Of a stretch of DNA of 64,000 bases, positions 9,785 through 20,614 are shown one piece after another. Both the position numbers and the translations under genes were made by a program. Position 1 is the stretch's first letter, and each line of letters opens with the position of its first letter. Source of the DNA: Pelagomonas calceolata (lineage: Eukaryota); the NCBI GenBank assembly GCA_918797485.1, contig CAKKNE010000002.1:5084001-5148000 (forward strand), given 5' to 3'. Below the pieces are notes generated by a model, which did no database searches, had not been told where the DNA came from, and saw only the letters and a list, made by a program, of their open reading frames with translations.

Positions 9785-10708
9785 TTACGCCGGCGGTTCC
9801 GGGTCCGAGTCGCTGACCTTGGACCGCCTCCGGCGGCGCGCGACCCAGACGACGCGTGCGGTGCAGCAATAGGCCCCAGTGATCGAGACGGTGGTAATGT
9901 AGAATAGGCGCACGATTGCCCTGCGATCCGGTTGAGACCGCTCAGAGAGGAAGTAGGCGCCGAACCCTGCGAGCACGAGTACACCCGTAAAAAATAACGC
10001 AGCCCCCTCCACAAGGCTAAGACTGAGTTTGGTCACCGCGAGGTGAGGATCTATTCCTCCGACGTCGAAGACTCCCAGTGAGAACAGCCATGCCATGATC
10101 AGCGAAAGCTGAAAAAGATAAGTCGCGGCGAGTCGGAAAAATTCATCCGGTCCGATCCCCTGCGAGACTGCGATGAGCGACAGCGCGGCCTGCAGGCCTA
10201 TGATTTCGGTAAGCCTCCCCGTGATCCGGGTCGTCACGGTATCCAGCGAGCCGAGCGCGCGCAGCTCCGAGCGAATGACTGCTATGAGCCAAGCGAATGT
10301 GGCGGCGACAAACACGTTCCACAAGAAATACATGAATGTTGCGAGGATAGTATTTCCATCCGACAACGAATAAACAACCGAAAATACGCCCTGATACAGC
10401 CAGAAGATGAACCAGATAAGGATCGCACGCCTACCGACGGCCGACGAGTTCATCGTGCCGAAGGCATATAACAAGCACAGACTCATGCTAATCGAAAAAA
10501 CCATAATCTCCAAATGCGAAGCGTGAGTGCGAAGGCTCCCTTTACTCAGAGCGGCGAGCGTGAATATAGCATTGTTGCCCACGAGCCATGCGACGACGAA
10601 CCGTTCCAGCCGCGCGTACTCTGAAGCGGGAACGTCCTGCTCGTCCCCTGCGGCAGCCTCAGCACCAGGCTTGGGCTGCTGATGGCTGCTTCCAAATATG
10701 GCATCCAT
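9785..10708 (-). CDS. Multi-pass membrane protein of unknown function, tandem paralog A
   Basis: 307-aa hydrophobic ORF aligning along its length with 11035-11940. Confidence 0.75.
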   Translation of the reverse strand: MDAIFGSSHQQPKPGAEAAAGDEQDVPASEYARLERFVVAWLVGNNAIFTLAALSKGSLRTHASHLEIMVFSISMSLCLLYAFGTMNSSAVGRRAILIWFIFWLYQGVFSVVYSLSDGNTILATFMYFLWNVFVAATFAWLIAVIRSELRALGSLDTVTTRITGRLTEIIGLQAALSLIAVSQGIGPDEFFRLAATYLFQLSLIMAWLFSLGVFDVGGIDPHLAVTKLSLSLVEGAALFFTGVLVLAGFGAYFLSERSQPDRRAIVRLFYITTVSITGAYCCTARVVWVARRRRRSKVSDSDPEPPA

Positions 10709-10857
10709 GGCCGCTGTAGTTCTGTTCAGTCAGATGGAGTGTGTCCCCAAGCTGGCAGCTGCTCACAGGCCAGCAATGCAGTGCAGCAGGCTATCAGACG
10801 TCAAATGCCTGGGGCAGCGTTGCACAGGAGACAAATCGCGGCACGGCGTCGTGTGAG

Positions 10858-10900
10858 GCTGTGGCGATGCGTGCGCAGCTGTGGCGATGCGTGCGCAGCT
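10858..10900. repeat. Tandem duplication of GCTGTGGCGATGCGTGCGCA
   Basis: Two adjacent 20-bp copies; the paralog's upstream region (~12027-12045) has one. Confidence 0.8.
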
Positions 10901-11034
10901 ACTTGGGCAGCCTTTTATAACGCGAGCTCCGACTCTGAGCAAAAAGACCCAGCCAAGAGGCACTAGCTTTTGAAACCCCGCGACCAAAGGACTAGTACTG
11001 CGAGTAGTAGCAAGGGTATTTTCGTCGTTCTTAG

Positions 11035-11940
11035 TTATGCTGGCGGTTCCGGGTCCGAGTCGCCGACCTTGGACCGCCTTCGCCGGCGTGCGACCCACAC
11101 GACGCGGGCGGTGCAGCAGAAGCCTCCGAAGATCGCGATGGCAAAAACGCCCCACACGCCTTCCACCGCGCGCTGCTTCGGTCGCGACTGCTCGGAAAGC
11201 ACGTAGGCCGAAAAACCGCAGAGGACCATGAGACCGGTGAAGAATAAAGCGGAGCCCTCCACGAGGCCGAGGCGGAGTTTGGTCACCGCGAGGTGAGGAT
11301 CGATGCCCGAGACGTCGAAGATAGCTATCGAGAACAGCCAGGCCATACACAGCGAAAGCTGAAACAACCCGGTCGCAGCCAGTCTATCCCCTGCCTTCGG
11401 TCCGATCCCTTGTGTGACGGCGATTACACCCACAGCTGTCTGAAGACCCATGATTTCTAGGAGTCTTGTCGTGCGGGTCGTGTCCAGTGAGTCGAGCGCG
11501 CGCAACTCCGAGCGAATGAGGTTCATCAGCCAAGCGAATGCGGCGCCGAGAAACGCGTGCCACAAGAAAGCACCGAAGAGTTGATAAGTTGGCGAGCCCT
11601 CCGACCAGAAGAGAACAGTCACAAATACAGCCTGATGAGCCCAGAACCCCGCCCAAATTCCAACCGCGCGTCTGCCGACGGCCGACGAGTCGAGTGTACA
11701 AAAAAAATATAAACAGCACATGCTCATGCAAATCGGCCACGTAAGCATCTCCAGGTGCGTAGCGTGCGTTTTCCCGCGGCCATTTTTACTCAGACTGGCG
11801 ATCGTGAGCAGAATACTGTCGCCCACGAGCCACGCCACGACGAGCCGCTCCAGGCGCGCGTACTCCGAGGCCGGCTCGTCGACTTTTTCATCCCCTGCTG
11901 CACTAGGCTTGGGTTGCTGATGGCTTCTGGACGGCAGCAT
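11035..11940 (-). CDS. Multi-pass membrane protein of unknown function, tandem paralog B
   Basis: Shares PASEYARLER, SSAVGRRA, IRSELRAL, IDPHLAVTKL, CCTARVVWVARRRRRSKV.DSDPEPPA with paralog A. Confidence 0.75.
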   Translation of the reverse strand: MLPSRSHQQPKPSAAGDEKVDEPASEYARLERLVVAWLVGDSILLTIASLSKNGRGKTHATHLEMLTWPICMSMCCLYFFCTLDSSAVGRRAVGIWAGFWAHQAVFVTVLFWSEGSPTYQLFGAFLWHAFLGAAFAWLMNLIRSELRALDSLDTTRTTRLLEIMGLQTAVGVIAVTQGIGPKAGDRLAATGLFQLSLCMAWLFSIAIFDVSGIDPHLAVTKLRLGLVEGSALFFTGLMVLCGFSAYVLSEQSRPKQRAVEGVWGVFAIAIFGGFCCTARVVWVARRRRRSKVGDSDPEPPA

Positions 11941-12191
11941 CGATGCTGCCCAGGTCAGAGCAATGCAAGTGCAGAAGGCTGTCAGGCGTCAAATGCTTGC
12001 AGACGGCGGCGACGGCGTCGCGGGCGGCTGTGGCGATGCGTGCGTAGTTTTAGGCACAATCGGGCAGCACTGCTTCCAACGCAATCGCAGCGCGCTCGAC
12101 AGACTGTGTGGACCCGCACGCGGCACGCCGCCGCCGCGCCCGCGCGCCCAGAGGTCGTAAGTAAACGCACTTAGGCGGGAAAAAGAAGCAG

Positions 12192-13091
12192 TCAGGCGTA
12201 CGTCGGCGGCTTGACGAGCAAATGGCGCGCGCACGGCGCCGCGCAGTCGGCCGCCAGGACCTCGGACTCCGGAATGTCCCCCCAGAGCATCGCGTCCGTT
12301 TCACTATCGTCATCACTTTCCTTCTCGAAGACGACGGGGCACACTCTAGTTCTCAACCACACGACGATGCAGTCTCTAGATAAAGGCCACCTCGGTAACG
12401 CAGCAACTAACACCGGATGGAAAGATTGGGCTAATTCCACTTGAAACAGCGAGTCGCAGGACCGGCCCCAGGGCGCCTGGGCTAACGACAAAGTCCCTCC
12501 GGAGCAGACGGACTCGCCCACGACAATAATTGCTTCTCCCTCGTACGCGCGTAAGCATGCCAGAGCTAATGATCCTGGATCTTCTTCTGAGTCACTCTTT
12601 GATGAGTCCTCCTTATCATCGAGGTCCGCTCGGCACGCGTCGTCGGGGTAGCAGAGGAACAAACTCCGATCCGACAGATGTTCGCACACTTCTGGCCCTC
12701 CGACCTTGACGTCGAAATAACATTTGGGAGGAGGCTTCGCATCAAACGCCACGACGTCGACGCCTCGCGCGTGCAACAGCGACGCCCAGTAGCCCTTGCC
12801 CGCGCCGACTTCCACGAGCGGCGCGTACGCTTCCAGCACCCGCAAAGCCCGCTCATCCGGCAGCGCCCAGGCGTACTCCCTCCTCAGTCGATCGCCAGAT
12901 TCCGCCATGAGCTCCCAGAGCTCGGCGCGCCGCTCGGCATCTAGCGTCGATGACAGGAGTCGGTTCATGTCCGGGGGCCACGACGCCGCGACCGCTTTAT
13001 AGGTCTCGAGCATGGCGATGCGGGCCTTGCCGGGCGCGGGCTGGGGGCGGGAGCTGCGGTTCTTCTTGCGCGGGGGCTGGCGGGTCTCCAT
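12192..13091 (-). CDS. Putative SAM-dependent methyltransferase-like protein
   Basis: YAWALPDERAL, VEVGAGKGYWASLL..GVDVVAFD (motif I), LFLCYP; start placed at ATG 13091. Confidence 0.7.
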   Translation of the reverse strand: METRQPPRKKNRSSRPQPAPGKARIAMLETYKAVAASWPPDMNRLLSSTLDAERRAELWELMAESGDRLRREYAWALPDERALRVLEAYAPLVEVGAGKGYWASLLHARGVDVVAFDAKPPPKCYFDVKVGGPEVCEHLSDRSLFLCYPDDACRADLDDKEDSSKSDSEEDPGSLALACLRAYEGEAIIVVGESVCSGGTLSLAQAPWGRSCDSLFQVELAQSFHPVLVAALPRWPLSRDCIVVWLRTRVCPVVFEKESDDDSETDAMLWGDIPESEVLAADCAAPCARHLLVKPPTYA

Positions 13092-13536
13092 CCTTCGTCG
13101 GCGCGTTGGTCTTGCAGTGTCCGACTGTCTGGTTTCGCCTTGCTGCTCGCGTCGACGGGCGTTTGAGGAGCTGTAAGCGTCGGGATCTGCGAGGACTATC
13201 AACGCTGCGCCGCTGGGCAAGCTGCGTATGTCAGAGGTTGTCTGCGCGGTGAGTTTGAGCCGTGCAAAAAGCGCCTCGTCGACAAGCTCTGGATGTGTGG
13301 GCTGAAAGTGCAGGCAAGGGATTCGCCGACGTACAAGATTTCAGCGTAGGAAGACGTATTCCTACATGTCTAGGTCAAATCGGACCGCAAGACTTTCGGG
13401 CTGTGGGATTTCGAGCTGAGAGAGCAGCGCAAAAATGCGCCCTGGCGCTCCATGCCTTCCGCCAATGCAAAACGGTGAGCGCTGGCGCATGGTGATGCCA
13501 AACTCCCGCTGAAGGGGGCAGCCCCACCGACGAGCC

Positions 13537-15051
13537 ATGCGCGCCGCAATAGCATGGCTCACCGTAGCAGCAGCAAATGCCCAGCAGGCCTCGGTAGCCC
13601 GCGTCCCGACGCAGGGCTCCTTCGGCGCGGAACTCCAAGCGAGAGACCAAGCCTACCTCGACCTGTCCTACGTGCGAACGAAGAAGCGTAAAGTATTGCT
13701 GCACGGTACCGTAGACGAACAAACCCAACAAGCTTTAAAAACGTACGGCACGACCCTGAAGAGCGACCAGCTCGCGGCCCACTCCCACAACAAGTTCGCC
13801 ATACCTATCACGACAGATGGGACGGACCCTTGCCCTCCAAACGTCACAAGGCACTTCACCGTCAAGCCGTGGTTCTGGGACAACGCGTGGCACGCGCGCG
13901 GCGTCCTGCGGTGCCTTCACGCCGTCGACGCGACTCTTTGAGGCCATTCGGACCGCTTTGACGGAAATGCTCCGCGCAGGCACTTCTGGAACGACCTCAC
14001 GGCGCTGGGGCATCGTCTTGCAGAGGCTTCTCATCGCCACGAGCGGCTGGCGTTGGACGTATTTCCAGATATTCCTAATGATCGCATCAAGCTCATTGAT
14101 TTGATTCTGAAGCCGGCCTTCGCGGGCGGCATCCGGGGCGCCTCCACATTATTCTCGTCCTCGGAGACGTGTTTGCATTTACACTGGGCCGTGGGGCCGC
14201 GCGTGATTGGCCCTGTTGATGGTGGGGGCTTTTCTGGGGAGCGACGGGCGGCGGCGGACTTCTGGCGTCATAAGCTGCTAGAGGACGGTTCTATAAAGGA
14301 TGAAGATCGAGATAGTGACAACTACAAGCCGTCGGTCATCTTCGTGGGGCGGTCTTGTGCCGGGAGGGGCGCAGCGAGGTGCATCCGCAACGACGGCCTC
14401 GCAAACCTAAAAAAAGCGTTCGAAAACCGAGGCTGGCGCGTCGACGCGAACTGCTGCGCGTGGTCTGATGCAAGAAAAACACTAAGGAGCTTCGCGGGCG
14501 CCGACATCGTCCTGGGGCCACATGGGGCCGGTCTCGCGAACGCGCTGCTGGCGCGGCGGGGCCTCGTGCTCGTCGAGGTGCACGGCGACTTCGGTGCCGA
14601 GCTCGACCTGTTCAGGAAGGTCGCGGACGGCCGCGCGGGCGGCTACGTTTCCGTAAAGGGGCGCTTCTCCGGTCTTGGGGGCATGAGGTTTACTCCTGAA
14701 GACGCGTCTCAAATAGCCGCCTGCGCCGTCAACGTGTGGCTGGACGGTCGCAACGCGCGCGTGGCGAACGCCACGGTGACGACATCTTCAGGAACGCTCG
14801 CGGCCTGCGGCCGCGTCGGCCCGGACCCGTCCTCTCCAAAGCTCTTCGTCGGGTCGCGGAAGCGCCTCGGCAGCGGCGGCGCGCTGATCGAGGGCGCCGC
14901 GGTGGTCGGCCACGACGTCGACTGCTCGAGCCCGGGAAAGCCCGCGCCGAACAAGTACGTCTGCCCCGAGGCGGTTGATAGGACCGTCCAGGGGCGACCC
15001 GGCGTCCCGGGGCCGCCGCAGCAGCCCGGGCGGCGGCGTCCTCCGGGGTGA
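13537..15051 (+). CDS. Glycosyltransferase family 61 protein with signal peptide; one intron (13890-13979)
   Basis: Spliced DNAWHFWNDL; ADIVLGPHGAGLANALL..LVEV; intron removes the in-frame TGA at 13939. Confidence 0.8.
13890..13979 (+). other. GC-AG intron (90 nt)
   Basis: TG|GCACGCGCGCGGCGTCC...CCGCGCAG|GCAC restores W-H-F-W-N-D; an in-frame GT donor at 13911 is an alternative. Confidence 0.6.
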
Positions 15052-15157
15052 GTTAAAGGTATGTCATGTAGAGACTCGTGACCCCGACGCCTAAATTCGA
15101 ACGACGATACTTACAGTGCTAGATTCGATTGGCAGAGAAGCGTTTTGAAACAGCAGC

Positions 15158-16333
15158 CTATTTCAGATGCGAGTGGATATCCTCCGATCGCCGGATAAAA
15201 CTCAGCGCGGCGAGCGCGCCGACGACGAGGACAAAAACAGCGACCCAGAGAGGCCACGCCGCCGCGGGGTTCCGGTGCGCCTCGATGGCCGCGACGATGG
15301 ATTGAATGCCCGCCTCCGACAACCGGAACCGGCCGTCCCGCCAGTACTTTGTTCTGAGGTGCAGGAAGCCCCGACGGTCGGTCTGCTCGAGGCGGTCGGC
15401 GTGGACCGTCTTATAGCCAGCACCCACGTGGCCGAAGATCGTGCCCCAGGGGCTGAACCACCTTGATTTCACTTCGATTAACAGAGACGGCCGGCGCAGC
15501 CAGACGCCGTTCGCGCAGCCCGCCCCGTGAAAACAAACTAACGCATCAGCGCACGACAACGCCTGCCGCTGGAGGTCCCAGGACCAGCTCGCGTCCGGCT
15601 CGATGACGTGGGTCTTGACGCCGACGCGCGTCAAGGCGGCCGCCACGGCGTCCCAGTTGTCAAGCGATCGCCGCGTTCCAGAGGCGCGCTTCACGATGAC
15701 GGCGTGGTAGTGGTGAGGGCATTTATCGACGCTGCGCGGTCGATCTCGCAGCCACCGGCCCATCTGGCGCCGCGCGAGCGCCTCGTGGAAGAACTTGCCG
15801 ACGGGGCCGTACGCCATGGGCGGCGGATGCTTCGCGGCTCTGCTGAAGGTGAGGCTGATGTTCGTACCGAGCTCGCGCTCGATCGCCCCTCTCTGGTTCG
15901 CCAGCGACGCCGGGAGCGTCAGCGACGCCTCCGCGGCCGCGATGCCGCCGCGCTCGAGACACATGCGGTTGTATAAGACCGTATTGTACAATGCATGGGC
16001 GTAGTTTCTCGTAGCATGCCGCTCGACGTACAAGGACGTGCGCGTCCCGTTGCGCACGACGAGTCTACAAATGAAGCGCCACCACGCGTCGTCGTTGAGC
16101 TCGTTTAACATTTCCGCCCAGTAGACGCTGAACGGGTCCTGGGGCGACGGCGTCAGTGTCGGCGCGCCGAGCCCGCCGGCCGTCGCCTCGTCGCGACGGC
16201 GGACCGTCGGCGCGGGGAAGGGTGGATGCGTGTGGCCGATCACGGCTACTGAGAAAACGCACGCGCTCGCAAGAGCGAGAGCGAGGCCCGCCCGCCTGGG
16301 CTGTGGCATTTTGGGAATTTCAACCCCATCCAT
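15158..16333 (-). CDS. Glycosyltransferase family 61-like membrane protein
   Basis: RNYAHALYN, ADALVCFHGAGCANGVWLRRPSLLIEV; N- and C-terminal TM segments. Confidence 0.75.
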   Translation of the reverse strand: MDGVEIPKMPQPRRAGLALALASACVFSVAVIGHTHPPFPAPTVRRRDEATAGGLGAPTLTPSPQDPFSVYWAEMLNELNDDAWWRFICRLVVRNGTRTSLYVERHATRNYAHALYNTVLYNRMCLERGGIAAAEASLTLPASLANQRGAIERELGTNISLTFSRAAKHPPPMAYGPVGKFFHEALARRQMGRWLRDRPRSVDKCPHHYHAVIVKRASGTRRSLDNWDAVAAALTRVGVKTHVIEPDASWSWDLQRQALSCADALVCFHGAGCANGVWLRRPSLLIEVKSRWFSPWGTIFGHVGAGYKTVHADRLEQTDRRGFLHLRTKYWRDGRFRLSEAGIQSIVAAIEAHRNPAAAWPLWVAVFVLVVGALAALSFIRRSEDIHSHLK

Positions 16334-16493
16334 GATCTCGCAACGTAGGCCCCTTGTGATGCTTAGGAATCGTGCAGGCACAGCGGTTCTTAAATGCCCG
16401 AGAAAGCCGAGGCGCCGCGTTGGCTGAAACCGCCGCCCGGCCACAAAGATAATGCTATGCTGCTTCCCCCTAGTGCGTCTATGCACTATCCTA

Positions 16494-16544
16494 CGCCATC
16501 GCCGCGATGAATATGATACAGGCGCCATCGCCGCGATGAATATG
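16494..16544. repeat. 22-bp direct repeat CGCCATCGCCGCGATGAATATG x2 with 7-bp spacer
   Basis: Copies at 16494-16515 and 16523-16544. Confidence 0.85.
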
Positions 16545-16570
16545 GACAGACCCTTACCCGCCGAACCGAG

Positions 16571-18527
16571 CTACTGCTCCATATAAGCCGCGATGAGCAC
16601 CGCCGTGCTCGCGTTGAAGCCTTGCGTCGACTTCGCCACCAACCCTTTGCCGACCTCCTTTGCGAGCACCTTGCCGAGCTGCACGCCCCACTGGTCGAAA
16701 GAGTTGATGCCCCAGACCCAGCCCTGGACGGCGACGCGGTGCTCGTACAAGGCCAGCAACAGACCCATCGACCGCGGCGTCACCGCGTCAAACAATAATG
16801 AAAGCGACGGTCGATCCCCCGGGAAGGCCTTGTGCGGGTCCTCGGAAACCTTCCCGACCGCGAGCGCGTCGGGCTGCGCGAAGAAGTTGCACATGAGCTC
16901 GTCGTGGTTTGATAGAGCATTGCCAGCCAAAGTCACGGGCGCCTGCGACTTCTTGAACCCAATAAATTCCGCCGGAACAACTCTCCCTTGGTGCATCAAC
17001 TGGTAGAAGGAGTGCTGGCCGTTCGTCCCCGGTTCCCCGAAGCAGATCTCCCCAGCTTCGAAGGACAACGTACTCCCGTCCATCGCCACCCTCTTCCCGT
17101 TCGACTCCATGTCGAGCTGTTGGACGTGGGCCGCGAACCTTAGTAGAGCCTGGGCGTACGGCAATATCGCTTTACAATTGTACCCGAGGAACGTCGAGTT
17201 GTAGAGGCCGAGCAAACCGAGCAATACGGGTAGGTTCTTTTCTAACGGTGCAGACTTAAAATGCAGGTCCATCGCATGTGCGCCAGCCAAAAACTCACGT
17301 AACGGCGCCATGCCGTACTGCAGCGCCAAAGGCAATACCCCAACAGGCGAATGCACGGAAAAGCGTCCCCCCACGTAATCGCCGAACGCGAAGACGTTCT
17401 CCGGCGCGATGCCGAAGTCCGCCGTCAATTGCATCTGCGTCGACACCGCGGCGACGTGCTGTCTCACCACTTTTGTGGCATCGGCCTTGATCGACGACGT
17501 GAGCCAGTCCTTCACCGTTTTCGCATTCATAATTGTTTCAGCAGTAGTAAAGGACTTCGACACCACCACCACCAACGTCGAGGACGCGTCGACGCCGTCG
17601 ACCTGCGAGAGACGTCTCAAAATGAAAAAAAAGACCAGCCTCCACAATCTCTGACGGAGACGCATTCATGAAGATGGCGCGAGACGCCGGTTACCGCACC
17701 TGCCGCGCGAAGTCCACGGGGTCCACGTTCGCGACGAACTTGAGCGTCCGCCCTTCCGCCGCTTTTTTACATGAAGCGTCCGCTCTTAACGCTTCGTAGA
17801 GGAACTCCGGGCCGAGGTAGGAGCCGCCGATGCCGATCGCGAGGACCGTCGTGAGTTTTTTGCCCGTCGCGCCGACCCATTTACCTGAACGTACTCTTTG
17901 CGTGAAGTCCTCGATCTTATCCAATACTGAATTGACGAATTTGACCTGGTCCTCGCCGTTGGCGATCATCGGGGCTGCAGTTTTAGGTGCTCGGAGCGCG
18001 GCGTGGAAGACACTTCGTTTCTCGGTCTCGTTGATGACATCTCCTCTAAACATGGCATCTCTTTTACCTTCCACATTGGCCTTGCGCGCTAGCGCTACGA
18101 GCTTGCTCATCGTCTCCTGGTCGACTTTTTGTCTCGCGAAATCCATTAAAACGCCCTCCGCTTCTACTCGTAACGAAGCGCACCTCTCGGCGTCCTCGAG
18201 CTGATCTCTTAGATGTTTGGCCTTTTGCTGGGTCGCTGCTTGAGCCACAGCTTTCCACTCGGCTGTGCCGGCGATGCCGCTCGGGCCGTTCAGGAGCTTG
18301 GCGGTCTCGGGGAAGGAGGCTTCTAGAGTTTCACTCGAATAAGTAGCGGCGTCCTTGAGCGAGTTGCCCAGGGCCGTGGTGTCCAGCGACGGCGCGAGGG
18401 GCGTGGCCTCGGGCACGGCGTCGCTGACAGCCTCTATCGCGGCGCCTGCTGCGTCGCTGACGGACTTGACCGCCTCTCCTATCGCCTTGACGGCGTCGTC
18501 GGTGATGGAGCCATTGCGCGCGGCCAT
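16571..18527 (-). CDS. GPI: Glucose-6-phosphate isomerase; one intron (17603-17699)
   Basis: [82 protein letters not shown]. Confidence 0.96.
17603..17699 (-). other. GT-AG intron (97 nt, phase 0)
   Basis: CAG|GTGCGGTAACCGGCGTC...TCTCGCAG|GTC joins the two GPI ORFs in frame. Confidence 0.9.
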
Positions 18528-18575
18528 CGTCTCGCCAAAGGACTGGATGCGGCCTTGTACTATTGACAGAAAACG

Positions 18576-18599
18576 CTAGCGTGCCTGTAGACACACTAG
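18576..18599 (-). promoter_or_regulatory. CTAG-bipartite motif copy (rc CTAGTGTGTCTACAGGCACGCTAG)
   Basis: About 50 bp upstream of the GPI ATG. Confidence 0.6.
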
Positions 18600-18694
18600 G
18601 AATCCGCCCTGGGAGGATGTATCGCAGGCGGAGGACGCTTGCGTCTGCCCGAGAGTAATGTGTGCATATGAACAAACTTGGATGGATTACACAC

Positions 18695-19828
18695 TCAACC
18701 CCAGGGGCCCCGGCCCTCGGCCTCGTTGCGGCGTCGTATATTTTCACACATTCGCTCATGGTCTTCAAATGAAACTTCGCCGTGCTCGTCCCGCGGCAAC
18801 GCCCTGAGATCATCAATGTGAACCATGGGGCACTCCCGGAAGCGACGGTCCCGCAACTTCTCCAGGCTGCCGGCGCGCGGCCATCGCGCCTTGAAAATGC
18901 TGTTCACGACGAACTGCGTCCGCGGGCCGTCCAAATTCCAGCCCTCGGTCCGCCAGCAGAACTCCTCCGCCGAGGCCGGCACCTTAATGCCGTCGCGCCG
19001 TTCGGACGAACCGGTCTCCATCCACCGCGCAAAGTCGTTCCCGTTCGACTCGCGCCACGGTTTGAACCGGGCCGGGTCGAACACGGACGGGTCGTCTTCG
19101 GGGTACCGCGCCAGCGACGGGTTCAGCCGCGCGTGCTCCGGAGGAACCGGGTTCAGCGAGAACGCGTGCTCGCGGCACGAGTGCTTCACGCCCGCGCGGA
19201 AGCACTTCTCGCAGAGGTCGTAGCCGGGGTCGGGGACGCACCGGGTGCACCGATAGACCAGGCCGACGAGCGAGCCCTCGCTCCGTGTCGCGGCGCCGGC
19301 TCTTCCAGTTCTCATTGATGCGAGAGCATCATGGAGCATGTGGTCGCGAGCGGTCATGGTGGAGCAATTGTCGCACCAGACGTTCTCATGGATTTCGTCC
19401 GGCTCGCCCGTCTCGTGCGGGCCGCGCTCGAGCCGCACGTTGGCCCGGGGCACGCTCTTGGGCTTCAGTTCCCCGTCCAAGCGCACGCCGACGCGGTCCT
19501 CTGCGGTCTGGCTCTTCACGATGGTGCCGCGACGCAGGTTCAGAATGTCCGCTTTCAGACCGTGGAGCACGACGCGCGTGCCGACGGTGAACAACGCCGC
19601 CCAGACCTCCGACCGCGCTTCGGCGGCCGCGCGGTGGCAGCACGCCATTCGCTTGACCAGCGAACCGCTGTCGCCCGCGAACTGGCAGCACAGCGCGAGC
19701 ACGGGGGGCGGGAGGCCACCGATGAGCTCTCCAGTGGTGGGCGGCACAGTGCTGGTGCCTTCAGGCTCGGTGCCTTCCGCCAGCCGCGTCGCCGAGATCG
19801 CGTGTGCGAGATCATCGGCCGAATCCAT
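18695..19828 (-). CDS. ZZ-type zinc-finger protein
   Basis: HENVWCDNC...GLVYRCTRC..YDLCEKCF...H; preceded by VGTRVVLHGL..LN...G...RVGVRLD domain. Confidence 0.7.
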   Translation of the reverse strand: MDSADDLAHAISATRLAEGTEPEGTSTVPPTTGELIGGLPPPVLALCCQFAGDSGSLVKRMACCHRAAAEARSEVWAALFTVGTRVVLHGLKADILNLRRGTIVKSQTAEDRVGVRLDGELKPKSVPRANVRLERGPHETGEPDEIHENVWCDNCSTMTARDHMLHDALASMRTGRAGAATRSEGSLVGLVYRCTRCVPDPGYDLCEKCFRAGVKHSCREHAFSLNPVPPEHARLNPSLARYPEDDPSVFDPARFKPWRESNGNDFARWMETGSSERRDGIKVPASAEEFCWRTEGWNLDGPRTQFVVNSIFKARWPRAGSLEKLRDRRFRECPMVHIDDLRALPRDEHGEVSFEDHERMCENIRRRNEAEGRGPWG

Positions 19829-19903
19829 GAGGTCAATAATGTGTCCAGAGTCGCGCGCCGCGGCCGGTTTAGGAGGGTCAAGGCAACTTTGCCAAAAGTT
19901 TAG

Positions 19904-19925
19904 CTAGCGTATGTGGACACACTAG
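19904..19925 (-). promoter_or_regulatory. CTAG-bipartite motif copy (rc CTAGTGTGTCCACATACGCTAG)
   Basis: About 75 bp upstream of the ZZ gene ATG. Confidence 0.6.
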
Positions 19926-19986
19926 GATTCCTACGGAAATGTGTCGCACGAGACGAAAGAACAAAAAGGATACAATTAGAAGGGCG

Positions 19987-20325
19987 TCACCGACTCCCGC
20001 GCATGGCCGGCGAGCTCTCCTCCGTCATCGCGGGCACCTCGCCGACGGCCTCCTTCTCGAACCCAAAACCCATCGGCGTTGCTCGCGAAGCTTTCATCTT
20101 CGAGTTCTGATTGTATATGTAAGCGGCGGCGCCCGCGGTCACTGCGGCGGCCGGCAGCACGAAGTTTCGCAAGACGTCGATCTTCGACGTCACCACGGCA
20201 TGCTGCCGGTTCGTCTCCGTGACGACCCAGCGCAGGTCGCCCGTCGTGCGGTTCGGCGCGCGCATGAGGAAGCCGTAACGCATTGTGGAGCGCAGGAGGC
20301 CCTGCCGCCAGGCGTTGCTTGCCAT
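19987..20325 (-). CDS. Small hypothetical protein with one hydrophobic segment
   Basis: 112-aa ATG ORF with plausible composition; no recognised motif. Confidence 0.4.
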   Translation of the reverse strand: MASNAWRQGLLRSTMRYGFLMRAPNRTTGDLRWVVTETNRQHAVVTSKIDVLRNFVLPAAAVTAGAAAYIYNQNSKMKASRATPMGFGFEKEAVGEVPAMTEESSPAMRGSR

Positions 20326-20614
20326 GGCTCAGGGTGGGCTGCCCCTGAGATGTTACCTCGACCGCGCCAAGAGCTGCAAAGCCTGGACGCAGAGGTTCGG
20401 GAGAGATGAGGCAGTGCCGTGCAGACGCGACGTTGTGATCGGCAGCTTGCGCGCGGCCAGAGAAAGAAAGGCGGCCACTCGTGATCGAGCAAAGCTGCCA
20501 CGAGGCCGGCTCCCAATCTGCCAGGCTGTCGCTTGATCTCTCGACGAGGGCGATCATCCCTTCATTAAACGCGGTCGAAGACAAGGTTGATCGGCAAAAT
20601 AAGACTAAATAGAG

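Noticed and set aside
13346..13365. Hairpin GTAGGAA-N6-TTCCTAC in a divergent region lacking the CTAG motif
   Set aside because: Single 7-bp stem, expected by chance.
16470..16490. Partial motif CTAGTGCGTCTATG (and a similar half-site near 32986)
   Set aside because: Only one half-site matches; not counted as a copy.
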